From the NCBI GenBank assembly GCA_040390125.1, contig JAZJYZ010000001.1, positions 506,396-570,395 on the forward strand: DNA of 64,000 nt, given 5' to 3'. Positions 35,746-45,038 of this stretch are shown one piece after another; position 1 is the stretch's first letter, and every line of letters begins with the position of its first letter. The notes under the pieces are model-generated. The model saw nothing but the letters and a program-made list of their open reading frames with translations, was not told where the DNA came from and did not search any database. This DNA comes from Patescibacteria group bacterium. Lineage in GTDB: Bacteria > Patescibacteriota > Minisyncoccia > Phycocordibacterales > Phycocordibacteraceae. The translations under genes and the position numbers were made by a program.

Positions 35746-36756
35746 TTAGTTCAGGTTGCACTTAATTACATCTGTTTTCCAGGCTTGATAATGACCATAT
35801 TGAAGACTATCTCCCTTTTCAAACGTATTTTTGGCTGTATGGAGATTACAACTCACGTCTGTAGCTGCAGTAACGCATTGATTGTAGAGTGTTTGGTTTA
35901 CAATAGGCTTACCCCAGCCGGCACCCGCACTGATTTTTGTGGGTCGCCCATTAATTATCATGGTCCGTGTCTCAGCAGGATTTGCAGGAGAACCAAATGC
36001 CTTCGGACAATTTAATACTCGACCATCGGGACATGAAACTTGGTGTGCGGTGAGATTTATTTGGAAAAGCCCATACGAAAAAGGTTTTTTTGTATACCAT
36101 CCTATATCCCCACCTGCTTGGGGATTTCCGGAACTTTCAACACGACAGATTATAGACATATTTGTGGCGTTAGGTGCACCAAAATATCCTGCAAGATTTT
36201 CTGGAGAACAGGGACCACTTTTAATAATAGAACACTGCCCTCCGGAGGCGACGTATGTTCCTGCTTTCTTAAGCCATTCTTCTAATGTCTCCCCCTGAGG
36301 TATCACAGGAACATCAGCGAAACCTGCAGAAACTGGGTTGGCAATGCATGAAATCTTAGTCCATTCAGAGAGTCCTTTGCCGGTTAACACCGAAAACAGT
36401 ATGTTCACCAGAAGCCACGATAGAAGGACTAACAATAACCCTACAAACACGTTAGTGAAGACTCCATGGGCTTTTTTAATTTGTCCTTCACTACTTGCGG
36501 CACTGACATACATGATGCCTGCGTAGGCAAACATCAGGGTGGCGACAATCACTGAAAACGCAACACCGAAGTTGATGACGTTGTTGGCTAACTCCAACAG
36601 ATCACAGGCACGGCAAAAGGGACCTTCACACTCCGGAACCAAGCCACCTCCACCGCCACTCAACAGATTTGCTGGATTCTGCTCTACCGCAGCGAAGGTT
36701 GCGAGAGGGGTGAAAATCAAAAGCAAGCTGAGAATAATAACCAGCTTTTTATTCAT
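35746..36756 (-). CDS. Secreted/membrane protein: signal peptide + VirB2/TrbC-pilin-like two-helix hydrophobic hairpin + C-terminal lytic transglycosylase (SLT/lysozyme-like) domain
   Basis: SP MNKKLVIILSLLLIFTPLATFA; hairpin ...NFGVAFSVIVATLMFAYAGIMYV...FTNVFVGLLLVLLSWLLVNILFSVL...; SLT motifs ...ICRVESSGNPQA...(~25 aa)...YGLFQIN... Confidence 0.6.
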   Translation of the reverse strand: MNKKLVIILSLLLIFTPLATFAAVEQNPANLLSGGGGGLVPECEGPFCRACDLLELANNVINFGVAFSVIVATLMFAYAGIMYVSAASSEGQIKKAHGVFTNVFVGLLLVLLSWLLVNILFSVLTGKGLSEWTKISCIANPVSAGFADVPVIPQGETLEEWLKKAGTYVASGGQCSIIKSGPCSPENLAGYFGAPNATNMSIICRVESSGNPQAGGDIGWYTKKPFSYGLFQINLTAHQVSCPDGRVLNCPKAFGSPANPAETRTMIINGRPTKISAGAGWGKPIVNQTLYNQCVTAATDVSCNLHTAKNTFEKGDSLQYGHYQAWKTDVIKCNLN

Positions 36757-36848
36757 ATCTTCTTCACAGAGAACAGTATATCTGCAAAAGTGGACCAGCC
36801 TTTAGATAGGAGGGTCTAATGATGTGTTTTCTGGTATTATTGGCAGAT

Positions 36849-36893
36849 GCTAGAAACCAGCTTTCAGCTTTCAGCTTTCAGGTGTCAGCTTAA
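36849..36893. repeat. CAGCTTTCAGCTTTCAGCTTTCAGGTGTCAGCTT word repeat (family member, single arm) in the 5' region of the 35746..36756 operon / upstream of trpS
   Basis: Read directly. Confidence 0.7.
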
Positions 36894-36905
36894 ATATCTA
36901 TAATA

Positions 36906-37847
36906 ATGAGCAAGAAACGCCTTTTAACGGGACTTCAACCATCAGGAGCTCTTCACATTGGGAACTATTTTGGTGCACTCAAACCTTTTTTTGATATATA
37001 TGAAGAGTACGATAGCTCGCTCATGATTGTGGACTATCACGCCCTCACGTCCCTCAAAAATCCAACTGAACTCAATAGAAACATACTTGATGTTGCAAAA
37101 GACTACCTTGCTGTTGGAATCGATCCTTCGAAAGCAACTATTTTCAAACAATCAGATGTGCCGGAGCACACGGAACTTGCCTGGATATTTGACTGCCTTG
37201 TGACTGTCCCATTTCTTATGCAGGGACATGCGTATAAAGATAAGGTAGCAAAAGGTCTTGAGGCGAATGCAGGCCTCTTTACTTACCCTATGCTTATGGC
37301 CGCCGACATTCTTTTGTATGACACTGAAATAGTGCCGGTGGGAGAAGATCAACGCCAACACATCGAATACACACGCGAAGCTGCAAATAAATTCAACATC
37401 GCATTTGGGGAAACATTTAAAGAACCTAAGGAGCAGATTCTTAAAGGTGTTGGTGTAGTGCCTGGTATTGATGGCACTAAAATGTCAAAAAGCTATGGCA
37501 ATGTCATACCGCTCTTCGGTTCAAAGGATGAAATAACAAAAGCAGTCATGGGTATCGTCACTGATTCCGGAGGAGATCGACCACAAAACGTATACGCCAT
37601 TCACTCTCTCTTTAAAACTGAAGTGGAACTTGCACCATTGTATGAAGCTAACAAAAAGAATTACAAAGCTCTCAAAGAAGCTTTAATTGCTGATATCGAA
37701 ACTGTCATCGGTCCAATGCGTACAAAACGAGAATCACTATCGGACGAGGAAGTGAAGCGTGTCATCAAAGAAGGGGGTGAGAAGGCTCGTACGCTTGCAA
37801 GTGCAAAGATGGCTGAAGTACGCAAGAAAGTAGGAGTCACTTTATAG
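36906..37847 (+). CDS. trpS: tryptophanyl-tRNA synthetase
   Basis: Class I HIGH-type motif ...QPSGALHIGNYFGAL... and KMSKS (...GTKMSKSYGN...); 313 aa. Confidence 0.9.
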   Translation: MSKKRLLTGLQPSGALHIGNYFGALKPFFDIYEEYDSSLMIVDYHALTSLKNPTELNRNILDVAKDYLAVGIDPSKATIFKQSDVPEHTELAWIFDCLVTVPFLMQGHAYKDKVAKGLEANAGLFTYPMLMAADILLYDTEIVPVGEDQRQHIEYTREAANKFNIAFGETFKEPKEQILKGVGVVPGIDGTKMSKSYGNVIPLFGSKDEITKAVMGIVTDSGGDRPQNVYAIHSLFKTEVELAPLYEANKKNYKALKEALIADIETVIGPMRTKRESLSDEEVKRVIKEGGEKARTLASAKMAEVRKKVGVTL

Positions 37848-37896
37848 CAGGTTTTAGGTTACAGGTAATAGGTTATAGTTTTAAAATTCAAACATC

Positions 37897-39249
37897 ATGG
37901 AAAGAATATTAATAAAAGAATTACCAGAGCATATTGGAAAGGAAGTATTTATCCAAGGATGGGTTGATGTACGCCGTGATCAGGGCAAGATGATCTTCTT
38001 CGATTTTCGTGACCGCTCTGGAAAGGTGCAGGGAGTAGTGTTGCCTGCAAGTTCTGCACTCGAAACTGCAAAAACACTCCGCCATGAGTATGTGGTTGAG
38101 GTAACTGCAAAAGTAAATGCACGTCCTACAAAAAATATAAACGAGAAAGTGCAAAACGGCACCATTGAACTTGAAGTGCTTGCAATCAACGTTTTGGCTG
38201 AGGCCGAAGCCTTGCCGTTTGATATGTCTGAGTCAGGATATAACCTCGACCTCACCACCGAGCTTGACCACCGTGCACTCACGCTTCGCCACTCACGTAA
38301 TCAAGCAATTTTCAAAATTCAGGCAGTCATTATTGACTCGTTCCGCGAATACATGAAGTCGCAAGATTTTCTTGAGTTTCAGGCGCCTTCCATTACTCCT
38401 GCTACCGCTGAAGGTGGGGCAGAGGTCTTTGAGGTTCAATATTTTGGTAAAAAAGCCTATCTCTCGCAGTCACCTCAGCTCTACAAGCAAATTGTAATGA
38501 CAGCGTTCGAGCGTGTCTTTTCCGTTAACAAGATATTCCGTGCAGAACCATCTGCCACCACTCGCCACCTCACAGAAGTTGTCTCGCTTGACGCAGAGTG
38601 GGCATTCATCAAGTCCTGGGAAGACATACGTGACATGTCTGAAAACACGGTGCGTTATATTTTAAAGCAATTGGGAGAGCGTTGTGCACATGAGCTTGAA
38701 TACCTCAAGGCAGAACTGCCAGTACTCATCGAACACACACCAACCATAACCTTAACGGAGGCACAGAATAAAATTTTTGCATTCAACGGACGAGACGTGC
38801 GTGGTGATAAAGATTTGAATGCAGAAGATGAACGAATTCTTTGCGAGATTGTTAAAGGCGAAACAGGCTCTGACTTCGTGTACGTGTATGGCTACCCAAC
38901 AAAACAAAAACCTTTTTATGTATACCCGAACCCTGAAAACCCTGAGTTCAATGAAGGGGTAGACCTACTCTGCCGTGGGCGAGAGTGGCTTTCTGGAGGA
39001 CGCCGTATCAATGACTACGCACAGCTTATGAAGCATGTGAAAGAGTGGGGAATGGACCCAGAAAAAATCAGTATGTTCCTTGAAGCGTTCCGCTACGGCG
39101 TACCACCCGAAGGAGGTTTTGCCTTTGGTGTTGAGCGAATGACCATGCAAATTCTAGGTCTTGAAAACATTCGTGAAGCAACTATGTTTCCTCGAGACAT
39201 GCACCGTATCGACTCCTCCTTAAACCAAACAGACTCCACTTCGAACTAG
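37897..39249 (+). CDS. Class IIb aminoacyl-tRNA synthetase, archaeal/eukaryal-type AspRS (or AsnRS)
   Basis: N-terminal OB anticodon-binding domain ...VFIQGWVDVRRDQGKMIFFDFRDRSGKVQ...; class II motifs ...FRAEPSATTRHLTEV...; ...GGFAFGVERM...; 450 aa. Confidence 0.85.
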   Translation: MERILIKELPEHIGKEVFIQGWVDVRRDQGKMIFFDFRDRSGKVQGVVLPASSALETAKTLRHEYVVEVTAKVNARPTKNINEKVQNGTIELEVLAINVLAEAEALPFDMSESGYNLDLTTELDHRALTLRHSRNQAIFKIQAVIIDSFREYMKSQDFLEFQAPSITPATAEGGAEVFEVQYFGKKAYLSQSPQLYKQIVMTAFERVFSVNKIFRAEPSATTRHLTEVVSLDAEWAFIKSWEDIRDMSENTVRYILKQLGERCAHELEYLKAELPVLIEHTPTITLTEAQNKIFAFNGRDVRGDKDLNAEDERILCEIVKGETGSDFVYVYGYPTKQKPFYVYPNPENPEFNEGVDLLCRGREWLSGGRRINDYAQLMKHVKEWGMDPEKISMFLEAFRYGVPPEGGFAFGVERMTMQILGLENIREATMFPRDMHRIDSSLNQTDSTSN

Positions 39250-39315
39250 ACTAAGGCGTTACTCTTTCCCCAAAGACACTTTAGAGGGGTGGTGATTTTT
39301 GGTAGAGTGTTAGGT

Positions 39316-39333
39316 GATATGATATATCATATC
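39316..39333. promoter_or_regulatory. Exact 18-bp palindrome GATATGATATATCATATC, 37-54 nt upstream of the TrpR-like gene (candidate operator)
   Basis: Read directly; two one-mismatch copies recur at the gene's 3' end. Confidence 0.5.
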
Positions 39334-39369
39334 GGATATTACGGGTGGTAACTCGTTACATACAAAAGT

Positions 39370-39792
39370 ATGAAAGTACAGGCAAAAAATTTGAATGACA
39401 CAGATAGAATAAAAATTCTTGACGCACTGTACACGTCTGCTGGTTCCCTCAAGGGGCGTGACGCCATGAAAGCTTTTCTTAAGGACCTCCTAACTGAAAG
39501 TGAACGCATTATGCTGGGGAGACGCATACTCATCGCTCAAGGTCTACTTGAAGGGAAAAGCAGTAGGACGATTTCAGAAGAGATGGGGGTTGGTTTAGAC
39601 ACCGTAGGAAAGGTAGAGCGATGGCTTCAAGATCAGATGCCTGGATATGAAAAAGCAATTACAGGAATGAATCGTGCTTTCGATCAACGGTTAAAGCAAG
39701 CTGAGTCAAAAAAGAATTGGAAAAACTTAAAACGGAAATACCCACTTCATTTTCTTCTTTTCAATATTGCTGACAAACTAAAAAACAAGTGA
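39370..39792 (+). CDS. TrpR-like/YerC-YecD family HTH protein
   Basis: ...LLTESERIMLGRRILIAQGLLEGKSSRTISEEMGVGLDTVGKVERWL... (Trp-repressor-like fold signature); adjacent to trpS. Confidence 0.65.
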   Translation: MKVQAKNLNDTDRIKILDALYTSAGSLKGRDAMKAFLKDLLTESERIMLGRRILIAQGLLEGKSSRTISEEMGVGLDTVGKVERWLQDQMPGYEKAITGMNRAFDQRLKQAESKKNWKNLKRKYPLHFLLFNIADKLKNK

Positions 39793-39832
39793 TTTGATAT
39801 ATCATATCACTGATATGATATATCAAATCACT
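39788..39832. promoter_or_regulatory. 45-bp near-perfect palindrome (AGTGATTTGATATATCATATCACTGATATGATATATCAAATCACT) overlapping the TrpR-like stop codon; two tandem variants of the 18-bp motif; may also act as bidirectional terminator hairpin
   Basis: Read directly; only the central nucleotide breaks symmetry. Confidence 0.5.
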
Positions 39833-39871
39833 CGTTAAAAGTAAGGGGGGATACTAATAAAGCGGGGAGGA

Positions 39872-40774
39872 TTAAGGCAGTTCAGGTTTAAGAGAATTTT
39901 CTGCCTTTTTTAAATGTGTCCACATTTTGAAAAGATCGGGCACTCTATTTTCAGACATTCTTTTCCCTGCGTTTGGGGTGTATTGAATATGCCATGGCTC
40001 AACTAAAACCCCATCGCCACCAGTAGTGGACTGCAAGTATGTACGGTTTGGAAAGAAAGGCAACCAAAAACCAAAAGAAGGAGCATGCTTCAAAAGCCAA
40101 TCAAATTCCATTGTTTCTTCGAATCCGATATCTCTACCGTCCGCTCGCTTTGTTTTTCCGTATGAATCACCAATATTGTTTATATCAAAAGCACAGTGTT
40201 CATAATTAGCGTGCTGAGACGTTCCTGGTAGAGCAACGCTTTGCAGTGTTTTACGAATGCCTCTTTCTAAAATAGTGCGTGCGAATATGCCGATTTGGTA
40301 ATAAGGAGACCTGTAGGCAGACTGTAAAATAAGCCCTGGTCTTTTATATGCTCCAACATCCCAATATTTCTCCAAATCTGCATCATATGCATTTTGCATT
40401 TTCGTAAGACTAGGAAGAATATGTTTCGGTACATATTTAGGGAGAGGGCGACGTGTTTTTCCATCTGCACCACGATACGGGGCATCTATAATCTCAAAGT
40501 CTTTAGGAGGATGAACGTCACCAAAATCACGTAGCCCCGTGAGTGCGAGTATACGATTAAAGACTGTATCAACGGCTGAGTTTTCCCGTTGGAGACGTTT
40601 CATGTCGTTTCTATTAGCTAAGGACATATATACGCCTTCGTCCATTTTTGCTTTGATATGTGACGACGCCTCTGCAATGATTCCATCTTTCTCATCGCTC
40701 TCAAACAGAGCAATAATCCTTTCTGTTTTTGGTCTCCGTATCTCCGATTTCAAGACGTTTTTTGATTCGTTCAC
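39872..40774 (-). CDS. LAS-family zinc D-Ala-D-Ala carboxypeptidase (VanY/M15B-like)
   Basis: ...LPGTSQHANYEHCAFDIN... (SxH...D metal site) and C-terminal ...EPWHIQY... (ExWH) motif. Confidence 0.65.
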   Translation of the reverse strand: MNESKNVLKSEIRRPKTERIIALFESDEKDGIIAEASSHIKAKMDEGVYMSLANRNDMKRLQRENSAVDTVFNRILALTGLRDFGDVHPPKDFEIIDAPYRGADGKTRRPLPKYVPKHILPSLTKMQNAYDADLEKYWDVGAYKRPGLILQSAYRSPYYQIGIFARTILERGIRKTLQSVALPGTSQHANYEHCAFDINNIGDSYGKTKRADGRDIGFEETMEFDWLLKHAPSFGFWLPFFPNRTYLQSTTGGDGVLVEPWHIQYTPNAGKRMSENRVPDLFKMWTHLKKAENSLKPELP

Positions 40775-40858
40775 TCAATACATACGCTACCTCAGCGTGT
40801 TTGGTTTCAAACTGAAATCGGTTCTAACCTCCGTGAGATAGGAGAGAGGGGAGCGCAA

Positions 40859-42250
40859 CTAGGCGGTTTCAATGAGGCGAACCAGAAGACGAACAGGGGT
40901 GCCGGTGGCACCTTTTGCGAGCATATCGTCAGGAATAGACTCCATACGTGGAGCAATATCAATGTGTGCCCATTGAGGAAGATTTTCAGCAAATTGTGCT
41001 AAGAATGTACCACCGTTTATAGTTCCACCCCCTGGTTTGCCAATGGTAGCGTTTGCAAGGTCAGCGTGAATACCTCGCACTTCTGCTTCATATTCCTTCC
41101 AAAGGGGAAGTGGCCAGACGTATTCTCCGGATTTTTCTCCTAGGTCACGAAGTAAGGTTTCCAAATGTGGCGTACGGGTCATTATTGCTGAGGCACGTTT
41201 ACCAAGAGCCACCAGAGCAGCACCGGTCAGGGTTGCCACATCAATCACCAGACGAGGTTTGTAACGCTCTGAATACGTGAGTGCATCACCAAGAATAAGC
41301 CTGCCTTCAGCGTCGGTATTAAAAATTTCAACGGTTTTACCATTCATCGCACGAAGTATGTCGCCAGGGCGGTATGCAGAACCTGAAACTGCATTTTCAA
41401 CGGCAGGAACAAGAGCTATTACATTTTTCTTAAGCTTCATTTTTGCGACGATGGCAACAGTAGCTATCACCGCAGCTCCACCCGCCATGTCATGATTCAT
41501 GCCCATCAACGCATCGGAAGGCTTCAGGTTGATTCCTCCTGTATCAAACGTAATTCCTTTACCTACAAGAACTATTGGTTTTTCTTTGCTTGTTTTTCCA
41601 GCTCCCCAATACTCAACAATAATAAACTTAGGTTCTTCTACGGAGCCTTTGGCTACTCCCAAAATAAGACCCATCTTGAGCTTCTTTATTTCGCCGAGAG
41701 GCAACACGGTGACCGTTGCGGATGTGCCTTTTAGTTGACGCTTAGCGTCGCTCGCAAGAATAGTAGGAGTCATGTCGCCCCCGGGAGTATTTGCCAAGTC
41801 ACGACAATAATTTATTTCTCCTCCGATAATTTGCCCCTCTTTAAATCCACGCTTGGCATCTGCGTTTGCACCTCGTATAAAAATTGTTTTTACGCTGGCA
41901 AAACCTTCTTTTGGTGGAGTTTTATATGTACGAAACTCGTAGTTAGCCATTTCAAAATTTTCCGCCAGAATACGCCCAAGTTCGTAGTCAGAAATGTCTT
42001 TAGTGCCTCCAAATTGGAAGTCAGTAAAAGAAACAGCAAGAGTGTTAAATCTGTGTTCGTTAGCGGTTCGTACAACCTTGCGTGCGATGGTTACGAGTTT
42101 TCTCCGTGTTACTTCGTCGGCTTTGCCGACACCAATCTTAAGCACTGAGATACCTTTTCCGTCTTCGACTACTTTTGTTATTTCGCCTGCGACCAGGTCA
42201 ACAGACACAGCACCTTTAGGATCAGTGAATTCTATTTTCATATGCCCCAT
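40859..42250 (-). CDS. pepA: leucyl aminopeptidase (M17)
   Basis: M17 signature ...NTDAEGRLILGDALTY...; ...GKGITFDTGG...; 463 aa. Confidence 0.9.
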   Translation of the reverse strand: MGHMKIEFTDPKGAVSVDLVAGEITKVVEDGKGISVLKIGVGKADEVTRRKLVTIARKVVRTANEHRFNTLAVSFTDFQFGGTKDISDYELGRILAENFEMANYEFRTYKTPPKEGFASVKTIFIRGANADAKRGFKEGQIIGGEINYCRDLANTPGGDMTPTILASDAKRQLKGTSATVTVLPLGEIKKLKMGLILGVAKGSVEEPKFIIVEYWGAGKTSKEKPIVLVGKGITFDTGGINLKPSDALMGMNHDMAGGAAVIATVAIVAKMKLKKNVIALVPAVENAVSGSAYRPGDILRAMNGKTVEIFNTDAEGRLILGDALTYSERYKPRLVIDVATLTGAALVALGKRASAIMTRTPHLETLLRDLGEKSGEYVWPLPLWKEYEAEVRGIHADLANATIGKPGGGTINGGTFLAQFAENLPQWAHIDIAPRMESIPDDMLAKGATGTPVRLLVRLIETA

Positions 42251-42450
42251 TCTATCTCAAAATACAAAAACACGCTTAGGAACGATCAATTTCCTACTAC
42301 AACAAAAAAACCTATTTTGCGTAACGACAACTCGGATGGTGCCCGACCTCGAATTCACATACAGGACATCTTTTTGTTGCCATTTCAGTTGCTGTTATTC
42401 GCTCTTTTGACATGTTTTCTAAAATATTAATTTTGAATAATTTCGACCTC

Positions 42451-42479
42451 CAAAAAAGACCCCTCCGGAGAGGGGTCTT
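42451..42479 (-). terminator. Hairpin AAGACCCCTCTCCGGAGGGGTCTT followed by TTTTTTGG on the minus strand (rho-independent terminator-like) with no annotated minus-strand gene ending here
   Basis: Read directly (plus-strand CCAAAAAAGACCCCTCCGGAGAGGGGTCTT). Confidence 0.5.
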
Positions 42480-42696
42480 AGGTTCTGGCTTTGTTAGTTT
42501 GTCGCACTACGCCATTCCGAAGACCCCTCTTGTAGAAAGAAGGTGGACGACGAGAATGCCTGGTGATGTGCATCGTTGCGACATGTTCTTAGTCTCTCAC
42601 TATCAGGGTATTTGTCAAGAATGGGTGTGGAATTCTGGCTAAAGATAGGCGTACTAATGAGAAAGATAAAATTTCCCCCATGATATAGTTACTCTC

Positions 42697-43422
42697 GTGG
42701 AAAACTCTTTCAGCATTAAAACACCGCAGTTTGAGGGTCCTTTGGAGCTACTGTTGAACCTAATCGAGGAGCGCAAGCTCCTGATTTCTGATATTTCACT
42801 TTCACAAGTCGCCGATGATTTCTTGGGGTACATCCAAAAGCAAGTCGCATTTCCTATAGGGCAGGCAGCTCATTTCATACTTGTGGGTGCAACGCTCCTG
42901 CTTCTAAAATCTCGTTCTCTTCTGCCAGTTTTGTCTCTCACCAAAGAAGAAGAGGGAGACGTAAAAGATCTCGAGCTCCGTCTTGCCCTCTACCAAGTAT
43001 TTCGAAATGCGGCTCGAGGCATAAGCACGTTACGCTCACGAATGTTTTTCGGTCAAGGCTCTCGCATAGTGGATCCAATTTTTACTCCCTCAAAAGATTT
43101 ATCACTCGATGCAGTACAAGAAGCAGTGAGACGTGCACTTCTTAGTGCACCCCAGGAAACAAAGCGAGACGAAGTAGCAGTGAAATCTGTTATATCTCTT
43201 GAGGACATGATCGACAGACTATCCGGGAGGATTGAAAAAGCAATACAAATGACATTTCGTGATTTTGCAGGCACACACACAGCGGACAAACGAGAAGTAG
43301 TGGTTGGTTTTCTTGCAATGCTAGAACTTTTCAAACGAGGGTTACTTTTGGTTGAGCAAGAGCAAACCTTTGGTGAAATTGCGATTGCATATAATGGTGT
43401 TGCAAAAACTCCTCGATTTTAA
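42697..43422 (+). CDS. scpA: segregation and condensation protein A
   Basis: ...FEGPLELLLNLIEERKLLISDISLSQVADDFLGYI... ScpA N-terminus. Confidence 0.85.
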   Translation: MENSFSIKTPQFEGPLELLLNLIEERKLLISDISLSQVADDFLGYIQKQVAFPIGQAAHFILVGATLLLLKSRSLLPVLSLTKEEEGDVKDLELRLALYQVFRNAARGISTLRSRMFFGQGSRIVDPIFTPSKDLSLDAVQEAVRRALLSAPQETKRDEVAVKSVISLEDMIDRLSGRIEKAIQMTFRDFAGTHTADKREVVVGFLAMLELFKRGLLLVEQEQTFGEIAIAYNGVAKTPRF

Positions 43423-43430
43423 TATCAGAT

Positions 43431-44015
43431 ATGCCACAAAAAACTGCAATTGAAATAGAAATTGAGTCAGCCTTATTTTTCCGAGGCGGTGCCATAACCG
43501 TAAAAGAACTTGCAGTGCAAATGGGTCTTTCAAAGGAGGAGTTAGAAAACGGTATCACGAGCCTCACTATGTCTCTCGAGGGCAGAGGTATACGGGTAGT
43601 ACGTGAAGGAGAAACCGTTGCTCTGGCAACTGCACCAGAAACACATGAGCTTATTGAAAAAATGCGTCGAGAGGAACTAGAGGGCCCTCTAGGAAAGGCA
43701 GGGCTCGAAACCATTAGCATCATCATCTTTCGTGGTCCAGTTTCTCGTTCCGACGTTGAATATATACGTGGTGTGAATTGTTCTTCAATACTCCGTTCAC
43801 TTCTCATCCGAGGATTAATAGAGCGTGTTGAAAATCCGAACGATAAACGAAGCTTTTTGTATCGTGCCACGCCAGAATTACCCGCCTACCTTGGTGTGGG
43901 CTCGCTTGCTGAAATTCCAGGCTATACAGAAACCCGTGCGAACATCGACACAGTGTTCAGCGCACGTGATGCAGTAACTAGTTTGGAAGAAGAAACTCCT
44001 ACAGAAAATTCATGA
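43431..44015 (+). CDS. scpB: segregation and condensation protein B
   Basis: ...IESALFFRGGAITVKELAVQMGLSKEELENGITSL... tandem wHTH; follows scpA. Confidence 0.85.
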   Translation: MPQKTAIEIEIESALFFRGGAITVKELAVQMGLSKEELENGITSLTMSLEGRGIRVVREGETVALATAPETHELIEKMRREELEGPLGKAGLETISIIIFRGPVSRSDVEYIRGVNCSSILRSLLIRGLIERVENPNDKRSFLYRATPELPAYLGVGSLAEIPGYTETRANIDTVFSARDAVTSLEEETPTENS

Positions 44016-44947
44016 ATGCAAACACTCGCCTCAATATACTTTCAGTTGTCATCGTACTTGTGTGCGGGGCAATCGTCGTCTCGGCGTGGCCATTAATTTT
44101 TCAAGAGCCTCAGTCTGCTCGTGTATCTGCGTCGGTCTTTTGTGCCAATCTTTCACCACAGCTCTCCTTAACGGGACGGGCAGCGTATGCCGAGGATATG
44201 ACGACTGGAAAAGTGCTTTACGGGAAAAACGCCGACGTACAACTTCCATTAGCGTCTTTAACCAAACTCATGACAGTACTCACGGCCTCTGACACGCTTG
44301 GGAGCAACGACATAGTTGTCATTTCGGAAGAGTCTCTCAGCCCAGAGGGGGACTCAGGTTTAACTCAAGGTGAGCGTTGGCATGTTAAAGATTTAATAGA
44401 TTTCACTCTACTCACTTCCTCGAACGACGGTGCGCATGCACTTGCTGTTGCAACACAGGCGAAAACCAAAGGCACCCCAGAAGTATTCATACAACGAATG
44501 AATGAGAAAGCTTTCTCACTCGGAATGGTGCAAACATATTTTGCGGATGACACTGGTCTTGATATCTCGGAAAATACTGCAGGTGCATATGGCTCGGCAA
44601 GAGATATAGGAAAACTATTTTCTTATGTCGCACGCACGCACCCTAATCTCATCGAGGCAACTACCGCTCCGTCGGGCACTTTTTTGTCCCTCGACAACAT
44701 AGCCCATAAGGGGAAAAACACGAGTAGCGTAATTACGGCTCTCTCTGGTGCAATAGGCTCGAAAACCGGATTTACTGATATTGCTGGAGGAAATCTTGCG
44801 GTAATTTTTGAACCATTGCCCGGACGAGCGGTAGTGGCAGTAATTTTAGGTTCAACGAGAGATGGAAGAGATACCGACATGGTAACTCTCGCAAACGCTC
44901 TAAAAATAAGCCTGAAACGGGATATACTCTGCACAAGCGATATTTAG
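44012..44947 (+). CDS. serine-type D-Ala-D-Ala carboxypeptidase (S11, PBP5/DacA-like)
   Basis: SxxK ...LASLTKLMT...; SxN ...LTSSNDGAHAL...; KTG ...GSKTGFTDIAG...; N-terminal TM anchor. Confidence 0.8.
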   Translation: MNANTRLNILSVVIVLVCGAIVVSAWPLIFQEPQSARVSASVFCANLSPQLSLTGRAAYAEDMTTGKVLYGKNADVQLPLASLTKLMTVLTASDTLGSNDIVVISEESLSPEGDSGLTQGERWHVKDLIDFTLLTSSNDGAHALAVATQAKTKGTPEVFIQRMNEKAFSLGMVQTYFADDTGLDISENTAGAYGSARDIGKLFSYVARTHPNLIEATTAPSGTFLSLDNIAHKGKNTSSVITALSGAIGSKTGFTDIAGGNLAVIFEPLPGRAVVAVILGSTRDGRDTDMVTLANALKISLKRDILCTSDI

Positions 44948-45025
44948 AAAGTAGAGGGTAGAATGTAGAATATTGCATACACAAAAAATTATGAATTTTT
45001 CTACCCTCTACCCACTACGCTCTAC
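44947..45025. repeat. Inverted repeat of GTAGAGGGTAGAA / TTCTACCCTCTAC words between dacA-like and mraY
   Basis: GAAAGTAGAGGGTAGAATGTAGAA...TTTTCTACCCTCTACCCACTACGCTCTAC. Confidence 0.7.
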
Positions 45026-45038
45026 TATCTAATTCACA

